From the IMG/VR virus record IMGVR_UViG_3300028394_000069: a DNA stretch of 64,000 nucleotides; one strand, written 5' to 3'. A program made the position numbers and the translations under genes. Source of the stretch: an uncultured virus (IMG/VR IMGVR_UViG_3300028394_000069) (taxonomy: Duplodnaviria > Heunggongvirae > Uroviricota > Caudoviricetes). Positions 29,693-40,023 of this stretch are shown one piece after another. The notes under the pieces are model-generated. The model did not search any database. It had not been told where the DNA came from and saw only the letters and a program-made list of their open reading frames with translations. Numbering within the stretch: position 1 is the first letter of the stretch; every line of letters starts with the position of its first letter.

Positions 29693-30400
29693 TTATTTAC
29701 GTAAATACTTCCAACATACTGGAAAGAGTTCTTTAGCGATCTCATCAATTTGATCTGCAACGATACGTGTTTCAAATTGAGTATCCTTCTTACATCTTAA
29801 GCTACATACTCGTGCAAATGCAATAAGAGAACCAGACCAATACCATTCTGTCATCATATTCTGAGGTAGAATCATACGAGCTTGTTCTGCACATACACCT
29901 GCTTTAATCATAGCTCGATATAAATCTAAAGCATCTTTACAAATTAACTCTGGCCAAGTAAACTCATTAAAGGCATTTTCAGGTACAAACTGATCTTCGT
30001 GCGAACCTTGTTTCTTATCTTCATTACGTTTACGCCAATTGTCTGGGAAATAAAACTCTGGAGTACTATCAACATATCGACGTGATACTTCATTCCAAAC
30101 GAGACCTACGGTATGTTTAACAAGCTGACGAGCGACGAAGATAGGCGCTTTAATATGAAATGATAAAGAAGCATGACCAAAGGGAGTCCAGTGATTATGT
30201 TCAGCTAAGAATTTAATTAACTTTTCATCACCTAGCTTTAAACCAATAGGAGTCTTAACAGTCTCACTCGTTCCACTCTCAATATCAAATTTATTCTGTA
30301 TAGTATATTCCCAATCAGATTTTTTATCAAACGAAACCCTAGCAGCATTTACCGCTGACAAATCAGTACCCATTTTATCTACTAACTCAACTGTTATCAT
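29693..30400 (-). CDS. thyX: Flavin-dependent thymidylate synthase
   Basis: NAARVSF, HWTPF, RQLVKH...NEVSRRY and EQARMILP motifs. Confidence 0.95.
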   Translation of the reverse strand: MITVELVDKMGTDLSAVNAARVSFDKKSDWEYTIQNKFDIESGTSETVKTPIGLKLGDEKLIKFLAEHNHWTPFGHASLSFHIKAPIFVARQLVKHTVGLVWNEVSRRYVDSTPEFYFPDNWRKRNEDKKQGSHEDQFVPENAFNEFTWPELICKDALDLYRAMIKAGVCAEQARMILPQNMMTEWYWSGSLIAFARVCSLRCKKDTQFETRIVADQIDEIAKELFPVCWKYLRK

Positions 30401-30692
30401 ATCTTTATTATATAGTTAAGTTGGAATAATGCAATTAAAGATATTGTATTTTAATGAGAATAGCTTAAATCTTAATATGAAAGAAAAAGTTTACATAAAG
30501 TCTAGCTTCAAAGAACAGCTCCTAAAGATAGGATGTGGTATTAGAGACTTTATAACTATAACTCGAATAGAGGATAAGAAGATTTTCTTTAGTGCAGGTA
30601 AATGTAAGTTATGTATACCACAAGAAGAACTTGACGATATTAAAATTTAAAAATTATAGAACTGCTTTCTTATGTTTAGATTAAATAATCAT

Positions 30693-33600
30693 ATGAGTTT
30701 TGATAGTATTGTTCGTGAAATATTAAACGAAGGAAAAAAAGAAAGCGAAGCGTTATTAGCTAAGACATTTCCAGATAATAATCAATTACAAACTAATCTA
30801 CTTAATTTAGATCAAACGCCTTCTAAAGGTGATGTGCCAACAATAATAAAGTTTTATAACGAAACTAAGGACCTAAACAAATTAACTACATATTTTAATT
30901 TATACTCTAAATTAAAAGTTAAAAACATACCTATTAAAGCGCCTAATGTATTTAAAACTTTTATAGATTTTACAGAGCATGTTGATGCTGCTGAGACTAA
31001 ACAAAAACTTAAGAATGCGCCTGAAGTAGAGACAATTGAACATGAAAATAGCGCTGATAAGTTAGTTGATACTGATGAACTTACTATTTATAAAGGTGAT
31101 GCACAACATAAATGTGTAAAGTATGGTGACGGATATTCGTTCTGTATATCAAGACGTGCAGGAGGTAATATGTATGACAGCTATAGGATACAAAAAGAGT
31201 CTACATTTTACTTCATATTCTTTAAGAAAATACCTAAGACTAATCCTGATCATATACTTGTATTAGATCATAAAAAAAATGGCTGGGAGTGGACAAATCA
31301 GCTTAATGATACAAAAAAAACTACCTGGAAAGAAGTTGTAGCGAAGTTTCCTGTACTAGCTCAGTATGAAAATTTATTTGTAAATAAGCCGTTAGCAGAT
31401 AAAGAAAAGGCAAACATACAATTTTTAAAAGATTTTAAGCGTGACCCTTATTTAGAAAAGTTTTTAGCTGCTGAAAGAGATTTGCAGTTACTTGTATTAA
31501 AAACCGGTCAGACTATTACAGATGAAATATTCACTTATCTAACAAACGAGAATTTATGGGATTACATAAATGAATACGTTTCAGTTGGTCCTAATCTCAC
31601 TATTCTTCAAGCTGATGCTATTGAAGCTAAAGGTGGATCTATATTAAGGCAGTATTTAAAGTCTAGAGAGATTGCTATACCGCAGTTAGAGCATCATAAT
31701 TTGCAAATTAATAAATTAGACAAAACTATACAATATGTACAACAAAGAATAAAAACGGATTATAAAAAAGCATGGGATATGGTTGCTGCTGGCAAATACA
31801 TGCTAACTGGTTTAATGTTTTTGGACAGATTGCCGGACAATATACCAGAAAGTATAACAGGAGATTTTGATTGCTCTAGTAGTGATCAAATAACGTCTTT
31901 AGAAGGAGCACCAAAAAGTGTTGGCGGATATTTTAATTGTTCTGATAATAAGAATATAACGTCTTTAAAAGGAGCACCAGAAAGTGTTAAAGGGAATTTT
32001 TATTGTTCTAGTACTCAATTAACATCTTTAAAAGGAGCGCCAAAGAGTGTTGGAGGAAATTTTGATTGTTCTCAAAATCAATTAACGTCTTTAGAAGGAG
32101 CACCAGAAATCGTAGGAAGAGATTTTTATTGTTATACTAATCAATTAACGTCTTTAGAAGGATCACCAAAGAGTGTTGAAGGAAATTTTGATTGTTCTAG
32201 AAATCAATTAACGTCTTTAGAAGGAGCACCAAAAAGTGTTGAAGGAAATTTTAATTGTACTTATAATCAATTAACATCTTTAGAAGGAGCACCAGAAATT
32301 GTTAAAAGATATTTTGATTGTGCTTATAATCAATTAACATCTTTAGAAGGAGCACCAAAGAGTGTTGGAGGAAATTTTAATTGTACTTATAATCAATTAA
32401 CTTCTTTAGAAGGAGCACCAAAAAGTGTTGAAGGAGAGTTTAATTGTTATAATAATCAATTAACGTCTTTAGAAGGAGCGTCGGAAAGTGTTGGAGGAGA
32501 TTTTGATTGTTCTAAAAATCAATTAACGTCTTTAGAAGGAGCGCCGCAAAATTTTAGAGGAAGTTTTAATTGTTCTAAAAATCAATTAACGTCTTTAGAA
32601 GGAGCACCGCAACGAGCTGGTACTTTTAATTGTAGTGATAATAAATTAGTATCTTTAGAAGGCATACCTGTCTATATAGCAGCTGATTTTCATTCTTATG
32701 ATAATCCAGTTAAATTTACCAGCAAAGATATAAAAGCAGCTAGGGCAAAAAGTAAGCGTAAGTTAGAAGGTAATACTATATCTAAAGAAAGCTTTAATAA
32801 TGTTGTTCGTGAAATATTAAATGAAGGTAAGAGAGAAAGCGAAGCGTTATTAGCTAAAACATTTCCAGATGATACAGAATTACAAAAAACGTTATTAAAT
32901 CTTGATCAAACCCCTTCTAAAGGTGATGTTCCATCTATTATAAAGTTTTATAACGAAACTAAAGACTTAAATATACTCACTAATTATTTTAATTTATACT
33001 TTAAATTAAAAGCTAAAAACATACCTATTAAAGCGCCTAATGTATTTAAAACTTTTATAGATTTTACAGAGCATGTTGATGCTGCTGAGACTAAACAAAA
33101 ACTTAAGAATGCGCCTGAAGTAGAGACAATTGAACATGAAAATAGCGCTGATAAGTTAGTTGATACTGATGAACTTACTATTTATAAAGGTGATGCACAA
33201 CATAAATGTGTAAAGTATGGTGACGGATATTCGTTCTGTATATCAAGACGTGCAGGAGGTAATATGTATGACAGCTATAGGATACAAAAAGAGTCTACAT
33301 TTTACTTCATATTCTTTAAGAAAATACCTAAGACTAATCCTGATCATATACTTGTATTAGATCATAAAAAAAATGGCTGGGAGTGGACAAATCAGCTTAA
33401 TGATACAAAAAAAACTACCTGGAAAGAAGTTGTAGCGAAGTTTCCTGTACTAGCTCAGTATGAAAATTTATTTGTAAATAAGCCGTTAGCAGATAAAGAA
33501 AAGGCAAACATAAAATTTTTAAGAGATTTTGAACATAAACCTTCTTTAGAAAAGTTTTTAGCTGCTGAAAGAGATTTGCAGTTACTTGTATTAAAAACAG

Positions 33601-35483
33601 GCGAAACTATTACAGATGAAATATTTACCTATTTAACAAACAAAAATTTATGGAATTACATAAATGAATACGTTTCTGTGGGCCCTAATCTTACTCCTCT
33701 TCAAGCTGATGCTATTGAAGCTAAAGGAGGCGCGATACTAAAGCAGTATTTAAAAACAAGAGAGATTGCTATACCACAGCTAGAGCAGCAGAATTTGCAA
33801 ATTAATAAATTAGACAAAACTATACAATATGTACAACAAAGAATAAAAACGGATTATAAAAAAGCATGGGATATGGTTGCGGCTGGTAAATACATGTTAG
33901 ATGAATTTAAATTTTTAGACAGATTGCCAGACAATATACCGGAAAATATAACAGGAGATTTTAGTTGTTTTGATAATAATAATTTAACTTCTTTAAAAGG
34001 GGCACCGAAAAGTGTCGGAAGAGATTTTATGTGTGCTAATAATAATTGTTTAACTTCTTTAGAAGGGGCACCAGAAAGCGTAGGAAGAGATTGCTATTGT
34101 CATGGTAATCAATTAACTTCTTTAAAAGGCGCACCGCGAAATATTAAAGGAAGTTTTAATTGTTATAAGAATCAATTAACTTCCTTAGAAGGAGCACCAG
34201 AAAGTGTTGGCGGAGATTTTTATTGTGTTGCTAATCAATTAACTTCCTTAGAAGGAGCACCGAAAAGTGTCGGAAGAGATTTTAATTGTGATAATAATCA
34301 ATTAACTTCCTTAGAAGGAGCACCAGAAAGTGTTGGCGGAGATTTTTATTGCAATAAAAATCAGTTAATATCTTTAAAAGGAGCACCGAAAAGTGTTAGA
34401 GGACATTTTAATTGTGATAATAATCCAGTTAAATTTACCAGCGAAGATATAAAAGCAGCTAGGGCAGAAAGTAAACGTAAATTAGAAGGTAATACTATAT
34501 CTAAAGAAAGCTTTGATAGTGTTGTACGTGAAATATTAAATGAAGGTAAGAGAGAAAGCGACGCCGTAATAACAGATCAATTTAACGAAGGTATTAAAGA
34601 AGTATTAGCGACGATTTTAGGTATAGGGGCACTAGGCGCTGGATATATATCCGGAGCTAAAACTCTAGAAAGGGAAATAGCGAAAAGACCAGAATCAAAT
34701 GAAGTAAAAATTACAGCGCTCAGGTCCGCGGACAAGCAAATTAATTCACCACAATTTCATCAAGCTGCTAATAAAGTAATTGATAAACTTAAAGTAGATG
34801 AGACTTCCAAAGATACTCTTACAAAAAAAACTGCTGCAGATCCTATTATCAAGGCAAAACCCGAAGGCGATTCAGTTGTTAAGTTAGCTTCAGAGTTCAT
34901 CCTCCCGAGTGAAATTATAGGAGGTGACATCCATAATAAAGCGAACGATAAGTTCATGAAACCTTATCTAGATGATGTAGGAAAGTGGACTATTGGAGTA
35001 GGACATCTTATAGGTAAAGGTACTCTCAAAGATAAGCAAGACTTCGAAAAAGGGAGAAACGCAGCAGGTCTTTCATCGACTTTATCGAGAGAAGAAGCTC
35101 TGGAACTATTTAAGAAAGACGTAAGCACTCGAGTACCTGCAGTTCAAGCCAAGTTCAAAGAGCAATGGCCGAAGATGAGTAATAAGTTAAAAGCAGCTCT
35201 AGTAGATATCAAGTTCCGTGGAGACTTAGACAATCCAAGCGGAGGAGACTTCGGCTGGGTTAAGCTAATTAAAGCAGGTTACTACAAAAAAGCCGCACAG
35301 GCGTATCTCAATCATAAAGAATATAAGGCGAGAATGCAAAAGAAAGGATCGCGTGGTGATGGTGTAGTTCTTCGGATGAATAGAAACTCTAAGATTATTG
35401 CTGCAGAACCAGGAGGTAAATCTACTTCGAAGTCAAAACAATTAGTAGAGGTACCTAATAAGCTTACAAAGGTAAAGGCTTAA
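30693..35483 (+). CDS. Large internally duplicated protein: two (helical domain + 22-aa LRR-like repeat) modules and a C-terminal lysozyme-like domain
   Basis: Repeat period 2094 nt; LTSLEGAP.SVGG.F.C..NQ repeats; C-terminal Y.DD.GKWTIGVGHLI. Confidence 0.8.
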   Translation: MSFDSIVREILNEGKKESEALLAKTFPDNNQLQTNLLNLDQTPSKGDVPTIIKFYNETKDLNKLTTYFNLYSKLKVKNIPIKAPNVFKTFIDFTEHVDAAETKQKLKNAPEVETIEHENSADKLVDTDELTIYKGDAQHKCVKYGDGYSFCISRRAGGNMYDSYRIQKESTFYFIFFKKIPKTNPDHILVLDHKKNGWEWTNQLNDTKKTTWKEVVAKFPVLAQYENLFVNKPLADKEKANIQFLKDFKRDPYLEKFLAAERDLQLLVLKTGQTITDEIFTYLTNENLWDYINEYVSVGPNLTILQADAIEAKGGSILRQYLKSREIAIPQLEHHNLQINKLDKTIQYVQQRIKTDYKKAWDMVAAGKYMLTGLMFLDRLPDNIPESITGDFDCSSSDQITSLEGAPKSVGGYFNCSDNKNITSLKGAPESVKGNFYCSSTQLTSLKGAPKSVGGNFDCSQNQLTSLEGAPEIVGRDFYCYTNQLTSLEGSPKSVEGNFDCSRNQLTSLEGAPKSVEGNFNCTYNQLTSLEGAPEIVKRYFDCAYNQLTSLEGAPKSVGGNFNCTYNQLTSLEGAPKSVEGEFNCYNNQLTSLEGASESVGGDFDCSKNQLTSLEGAPQNFRGSFNCSKNQLTSLEGAPQRAGTFNCSDNKLVSLEGIPVYIAADFHSYDNPVKFTSKDIKAARAKSKRKLEGNTISKESFNNVVREILNEGKRESEALLAKTFPDDTELQKTLLNLDQTPSKGDVPSIIKFYNETKDLNILTNYFNLYFKLKAKNIPIKAPNVFKTFIDFTEHVDAAETKQKLKNAPEVETIEHENSADKLVDTDELTIYKGDAQHKCVKYGDGYSFCISRRAGGNMYDSYRIQKESTFYFIFFKKIPKTNPDHILVLDHKKNGWEWTNQLNDTKKTTWKEVVAKFPVLAQYENLFVNKPLADKEKANIKFLRDFEHKPSLEKFLAAERDLQLLVLKTGETITDEIFTYLTNKNLWNYINEYVSVGPNLTPLQADAIEAKGGAILKQYLKTREIAIPQLEQQNLQINKLDKTIQYVQQRIKTDYKKAWDMVAAGKYMLDEFKFLDRLPDNIPENITGDFSCFDNNNLTSLKGAPKSVGRDFMCANNNCLTSLEGAPESVGRDCYCHGNQLTSLKGAPRNIKGSFNCYKNQLTSLEGAPESVGGDFYCVANQLTSLEGAPKSVGRDFNCDNNQLTSLEGAPESVGGDFYCNKNQLISLKGAPKSVRGHFNCDNNPVKFTSEDIKAARAESKRKLEGNTISKESFDSVVREILNEGKRESDAVITDQFNEGIKEVLATILGIGALGAGYISGAKTLEREIAKRPESNEVKITALRSADKQINSPQFHQAANKVIDKLKVDETSKDTLTKKTAADPIIKAKPEGDSVVKLASEFILPSEIIGGDIHNKANDKFMKPYLDDVGKWTIGVGHLIGKGTLKDKQDFEKGRNAAGLSSTLSREEALELFKKDVSTRVPAVQAKFKEQWPKMSNKLKAALVDIKFRGDLDNPSGGDFGWVKLIKAGYYKKAAQAYLNHKEYKARMQKKGSRGDGVVLRMNRNSKIIAAEPGGKSTSKSKQLVEVPNKLTKVKA

Positions 35484-35485
35484 CA

Positions 35486-35523
35486 AAAAAAAAGCGATCG
35501 GCTTAACACCGATCGCTTTTTTT
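35486..35523. terminator. Bidirectional terminator
   Basis: A8-gcgatcgg...ccgatcgc-T7. Confidence 0.9.
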
Positions 35524-35528
35524 AGAGG

Positions 35529-35972
35529 TTACGTATCATTTAAGTATACAGAGCCATGACCCTCAATCTCAATATCTAATGGGAAATCAGGAAAATCTTG
35601 TTGTACTTTATGCACAGCATGTTTCAGAGATCGTTTCCAGTCCTTATAAGGGGGCGCGTCTTTAACTGGATGCATGCCGTACATGACACTAAAGAGATTC
35701 CAAAATCTTTCGAGAGTAATAACATTCTTAGCAAACATGTCTTCAACTAATCGGGTATAAGCTGCTGCAGCTTTAGGATTACTCTCATCGTATACAGCAT
35801 TTTTATAGGGACTATTATCATAATCGAAATGGTCATTATAAGGACCAATATCTTTATCAGCACTGGAGCGACTGCTTGATGAATCATCGCCTTCGGCTGA
35901 GTCGGGATCACTATAGCTATTATTCATAAACTCGTAAATTACTCCGAGTTGATCGATATCTTTTTTCTTCAT
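35529..35972 (-). CDS. Acidic hypothetical protein, putative internal head protein
   Basis: MKKKDIDQLGVIYE N-terminus shared with its neighbour; TAAATA upstream. Confidence 0.6.
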   Translation of the reverse strand: MKKKDIDQLGVIYEFMNNSYSDPDSAEGDDSSSSRSSADKDIGPYNDHFDYDNSPYKNAVYDESNPKAAAAYTRLVEDMFAKNVITLERFWNLFSVMYGMHPVKDAPPYKDWKRSLKHAVHKVQQDFPDFPLDIEIEGHGSVYLNDT

Positions 35973-35998
35973 ACTATTATTTAATATTTAGCACTAAC

Positions 35999-36724
35999 CT
36001 AATCATTAGAAATAGGAGGGTTGGTAGGTCTACCAAGCATATATAGACTTCCTCCTCTATCGAAATCAGCTTTAAGTTTTATCTTAAAGTCTTTTGACAT
36101 CTTGTTAACAGCTGCTAAACAATTATCATAATTCCAGTTGCCTTGTTTATACCACTCGTAATTATCAACTCCATATATTGTTTCAAAGTCACGGAAAAAT
36201 TTAGTAAGTAATACCCTATCACCTGACATGAGCTTAGAACGTAAGCTAAGAAAGGTCTCAAAGCTAGCAGGGTCAGTTTCATCAACAGTTAGATATTCAG
36301 CATAATCTGCCATTGGGTCTACCTCTTTATCTTCAGGTTCAGGTCTATCATCTACTACAATAGTACCCCCGGCCTTACCTCCTAATTCATGAGTAAGTTC
36401 AATATCATTAAGATCACCAAACATTTCTATTGCCCAGCTTACATGTGTTAAATTAGGCTCATTAAATAGTATGCTACAGGCTTGTAAGAATTCTTGGACA
36501 GGCACTCCCTTTGCTGAATCCATAAGCTGAGATACTATTTTATCATTTAGCTCTTGATTAAAAGGTTCTATGGAATCAAAATCTTCTTCATTCGCTTCTT
36601 TTAACTTTATAACTTTAGCAAATAATCTAGCTTTTTCTGTAAGATTCTCATAGAGTAAGCCAAGCTGTTCGAACAGCTTGGCTTACTCGAGTAAGCCAAG
36701 CTGTTCGATATCTTTTTTCTTCAT
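35999..36724 (-). pseudogene. Related gene interrupted near its start by an 18-bp forward/inverted/forward triplication
   Basis: ATG at 36724 gives MKKKDIEQLGLLE*. Removing 36 bp restores a frame continuous with ORF 35999-36523. Confidence 0.75.
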
Positions 36725-37015
36725 ATTATTATTTATATTCTTTTAGAATTATAAACCGCCTTTCATCCGTAATTTAGAATCAACGCAGGAGAGTATCTAC
36801 AGCACGGCTATTAGGATATCTCCGAGATTTTTAGAAAAAAAAATTAGAGATTAGGAGATTAAGAGGAGGTAGGGGCTATTAGGAGAATCGGAGATTTTTT
36901 AGAAAAAAATTTGGCGCCATGCCTTCTCCCATTTTTTTTCCTCGCGCTATACTATAGACAATTCGGAGCGCTGGCACCTCTAGAGCACCGCCAGCGCTCG
37001 CACCACTGCTAGCCT

Positions 37016-37267
37016 CTAGGCCGCCAGAGGCTCAATCAGCATCATCTCATTCACCTCATACCAGTGATCGTCACTTGGGGCGGACATTTTAGTAATCTGT
37101 TTCAAAGCAACGTAAGCTGCTGCCCCATCTTTCGTTTCAAAGATGACAACGCCCGGGCGACCATCTGCATGAGCTCTGACGACCTTATGAACAACTCTGA
37201 CCAGGCCAGCAGCCTTGGCTTGATCAAAGGTAAGAGATTCGATAGCGGGAGTATTAGTATTAGACAT
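37016..37267 (-). CDS. Hypothetical early protein
   Basis: Follows a promoter/leader cassette at ~37280-37330. Confidence 0.6.
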   Translation of the reverse strand: MSNTNTPAIESLTFDQAKAAGLVRVVHKVVRAHADGRPGVVIFETKDGAAAYVALKQITKMSAPSDDHWYEVNEMMLIEPLAA

Positions 37268-37296
37268 TAGAGCGAATATTTGATTTGATTTAATTC

Positions 37297-37330
37297 TTTC
37301 CTACAACCAATTATATCGGAGTTCGTTTGA
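37297..37330 (-). promoter_or_regulatory. Representative copy of the GAACT-N4-TATAAT promoter with GTAGGAAAGA leader
   Basis: Minus strand AAACGAACTCCGATATAATTGGTTGTAGGAAAG; about 30 related copies sit upstream of minus-strand genes. Confidence 0.85.
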
Positions 37331-37333
37331 AAT

Positions 37334-37408
37334 TGGTTGCAGAGGTTGGGTTTGAACCAACGACCTTCAGGTTATGAGCCTGCTGAGCTACCACTGCTCC
37401 ACTCTGCA
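37334..37408 (-). tRNA. tRNA-Met(CAT), initiator-like
   Basis: Cloverleaf with CTCATAA loop, A11:T24 pair and encoded CCA. Confidence 0.9.
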
Positions 37409-37449
37409 AAAATTAAAGCAGTTTACTGACTTGCTCAGGTCCCTCGCTG

Positions 37450-37854
37450 CTACTCAGCGATCGCAAGCTCTTCCACCTCAGCCTCAGCGGACCACTCTCC
37501 TTCAGGTTCGACCGCTTCGACTACCTCTACCACTTTAGCTTTGCGAGCCTTCTTAACCTTTACTGCCACTACAGGCACCTCTGCAGCTTCTTCCTTCTGC
37601 AGCATCTCTTTGACCAACTCTTTCGCGCGAACCTTTGCTGCGGCTTTGAGCTCTTTCGAACGTTCACGATATCCGCGAGTGAACTCTTGCTGATCTTTCA
37701 CCAATTGTTCTAACTCTTCGCGATGCTTGCTTGCGAGATTAAACATTGCAGTCATCAGCTCCTTATCCGAGCTCTTCAGCTCTTCGCGCAGCGCAGTAAA
37801 GTCAGCACGCACTTCGGAGGTTGCAACGATGGTTTGGAAGGTATACTTAGTCAT
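37450..37854 (-). CDS. Hypothetical early protein with a K/A/E-rich tail
   Basis: Has its own promoter cassette with a (TCAAA)n leader. Confidence 0.7.
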   Translation of the reverse strand: MTKYTFQTIVATSEVRADFTALREELKSSDKELMTAMFNLASKHREELEQLVKDQQEFTRGYRERSKELKAAAKVRAKELVKEMLQKEEAAEVPVVAVKVKKARKAKVVEVVEAVEPEGEWSAEAEVEELAIAE

Positions 37855-37946
37855 TTTGATTTGAGTTTTGATTTGATTTGATTTGATTTGATTTGATTTG
37901 ATCTTTCCTACACTATTATTATATCGGAGTTCGTTTTGCTGATCGC

Positions 37947-38153
37947 TCAGCCAATTTCAACGCCATATGGATCTTGAGTATAATCATCTATTCCAAATTG
38001 CACTAGGCCGCCTTCCACCTTATACGGCCATTCTGGCGTAACTGAGTTCACAGGCTCAGATCCACCTTCAGCAAGATCTTTATAATATACCGTTAGATTG
38101 CCGTGATCGGCTTTAATTTTTTCCAGCTTTTCGATGAGTTCGGTGATAAACAT
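37947..38153 (-). CDS. Hypothetical early protein
   Basis: Has its own promoter cassette. Confidence 0.65.
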   Translation of the reverse strand: MFITELIEKLEKIKADHGNLTVYYKDLAEGGSEPVNSVTPEWPYKVEGGLVQFGIDDYTQDPYGVEIG

Positions 38154-38192
38154 TTTGATTTAATTCTTTCCTACAACTAATTATATCGGAGT

Positions 38193-38408
38193 TCATTCTG
38201 CAGGAGGAGCTTCTGGGAGCGGCATCCAGTGAGTTGCGGTGCCGTCTATCTCGTCTCCGCTGGTTGCGATCCATTCCTGATATTGTTTGCAGAATTGAGC
38301 AGTCAGCACTTGAGTGAAGACGCGAGACTTAACAGAACGGTACTTTACAGTTAGAAGAATTTCAGTACCCTCTTTTGGAGCTGTTTCAATTGGTTGCCAG
38401 TTTGTCAT
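38193..38408 (-). CDS. DUF551-like protein
   Basis: WQPIETAPK.G...THWMPLPEAP. Confidence 0.8.
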   Translation of the reverse strand: MTNWQPIETAPKEGTEILLTVKYRSVKSRVFTQVLTAQFCKQYQEWIATSGDEIDGTATHWMPLPEAPPAE

Positions 38409-38465
38409 TTTGATTTGATTTAATTTAATTCTTTCCTACAACTAATTATATCGGAGTTCGTTTTG

Positions 38466-38747
38466 CTAGCTGTTGAAAGATCGATCACGGGGCATGCTGA
38501 AGAGCATACCTGCTGCAGTTTTCAGCCTCTTCTCAGCAGGATTTATGTCCCCATAAGAGTCCATCTCGCATGCTGCGTAATCCGCGCGCGCGTTTTCATA
38601 CGCGGCAATACTTGCATGCCGCCGTTCTAACTCTACATTGAGTCGATAAATTTCTTCTTTGAGGCCTTCATAGGCGCTGCGATAATTGTAATACAGTTCA
38701 TCAGCGTCGGCGAGAGTAAGCTCATTAGAGTTGTCTTCTGGATACAT
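38466..38747 (-). CDS. Hypothetical early protein
   Basis: Has its own promoter cassette. Confidence 0.65.
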   Translation of the reverse strand: MYPEDNSNELTLADADELYYNYRSAYEGLKEEIYRLNVELERRHASIAAYENARADYAACEMDSYGDINPAEKRLKTAAGMLFSMPRDRSFNS

Positions 38748-38774
38748 TTTGATTTGATTTGATCTTTCCTACAA

Positions 38775-39065
38775 CTAATTATATCGGAGTTCGTTTTGCT
38801 CATCGATCATCGCATTCCATTCTTCAACGGTGACAGCTTTGCCATCTGTCATATTACCAGACACCAGCTCATCGAGATAGCAGCTCGTGTAGAGTTCAGC
38901 CTCTTGATCCGATGCTCGATCTATCTCACGCTTGCTTTGAATCGTCCGATTATTCTCACAGTAAGAACAAGACCCATGATTGCGGCAAGTATGATCCACG
39001 CGCTTGCTCCCTCGATAAGGCTTGCGTTTCTCTTTCCGATATTCGATTGCTTTTTCTAGACTCAT
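38775..39065 (-). CDS. Hypothetical protein with a CRNHG.C.YC motif
   Basis: Has its own promoter cassette; Cys/His cluster. Confidence 0.7.
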   Translation of the reverse strand: MSLEKAIEYRKEKRKPYRGSKRVDHTCRNHGSCSYCENNRTIQSKREIDRASDQEAELYTSCYLDELVSGNMTDGKAVTVEEWNAMIDEQNELRYN

Positions 39066-39129
39066 TTGATTAGATTCTTTCTACACTATAATTATATCGG
39101 AGTTCGTTTGAGAGAGTCAAGTCTCGATA

Positions 39130-39615
39130 CTATTCGTGTTTTTGTAGCACGTTATTCAGCCACCAAGACTTCTCACCGCCGCAGCCTTCAATTGCAGGAC
39201 CATCAAGTCGATGACGCTTACCATGCTTGTACCAAGCTTTATAGCCTGTCGAATATTCCATCGCAGGACCATCCTCACGATGCAACCTTCCTTCTAGATA
39301 CCACTCGCCGTACTCTTTACCATCATCACCTAGAGGCCATAGTACTGCAGGTCCATCTACACGATGCAAGTTACCATCGATCCACCACTCTTTATAACCT
39401 GTAGAATATTCAACCGCTGGACCATTCTCGCGATGGAGTCTGCCATTCACCCACCACTGACTATCGCCATTAGTAAACTCAATCGCAGGACCATCTTCTC
39501 GATGCAGCTTGCCATCTTCTCTGAGCCATTGCTTATCGCCCCAACGATTAACTTTAACAGTTGCCGTATTTTTGACAGTACTATTAACTTGAGGAGTTTC
39601 TTGAATCGAGTCCAT
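39130..39615 (-). CDS. LHREDGPA-repeat protein
   Basis: Five 22-26-aa W..G.LHR.DGPA repeats. Confidence 0.85.
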   Translation of the reverse strand: MDSIQETPQVNSTVKNTATVKVNRWGDKQWLREDGKLHREDGPAIEFTNGDSQWWVNGRLHRENGPAVEYSTGYKEWWIDGNLHRVDGPAVLWPLGDDGKEYGEWYLEGRLHREDGPAMEYSTGYKAWYKHGKRHRLDGPAIEGCGGEKSWWLNNVLQKHE

Positions 39616-39678
39616 TTGATTATTGATTAGTTATTATTGCCGACATCTAATTATATCGGAGTTCGTTTTGAAAAGTAA

Positions 39679-39733
39679 TATCACTTCAGCCAAGCTCTCA
39701 GACGCAGGAGCCTCTGGCTCGACTGAAGCGATA
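39679..39733 (-). ncRNA. Candidate structured RNA hairpin
   Basis: 17-bp stem with G-U pairs that form only on the minus strand, capped by CAGAGGCTCCTGCGTCTG. Confidence 0.45.
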
Positions 39734-39777
39734 TACTTGAGTAGTTTAATGACATACTCAGGTCATTTTATATTTAA

Positions 39778-40023
39778 CTAATTCCAAATAAGTTCATGAT
39801 CGACATAAGACAAATTAAGTTCGTATCGAAGATTTACGTACTCAATAATATTCTCTATGTCTTTCAAACTCAAATCACAAACGTCATCTTCTCGCAAATT
39901 TCCCGCTTTGAAGAGATCATCAATATCGGACTTCTCTGCGATAAACTTTTCCATCAAATCGTCGTCATCGAACATCAAATCGATTCCCTCAAGACTATCG
40001 CAAATTTCTTTTAACGTTTTCAT
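39778..40023 (-). CDS. Acidic hypothetical protein
   Basis: Has its own promoter cassette. Confidence 0.65.
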   Translation of the reverse strand: MKTLKEICDSLEGIDLMFDDDDLMEKFIAEKSDIDDLFKAGNLREDDVCDLSLKDIENIIEYVNLRYELNLSYVDHELIWN

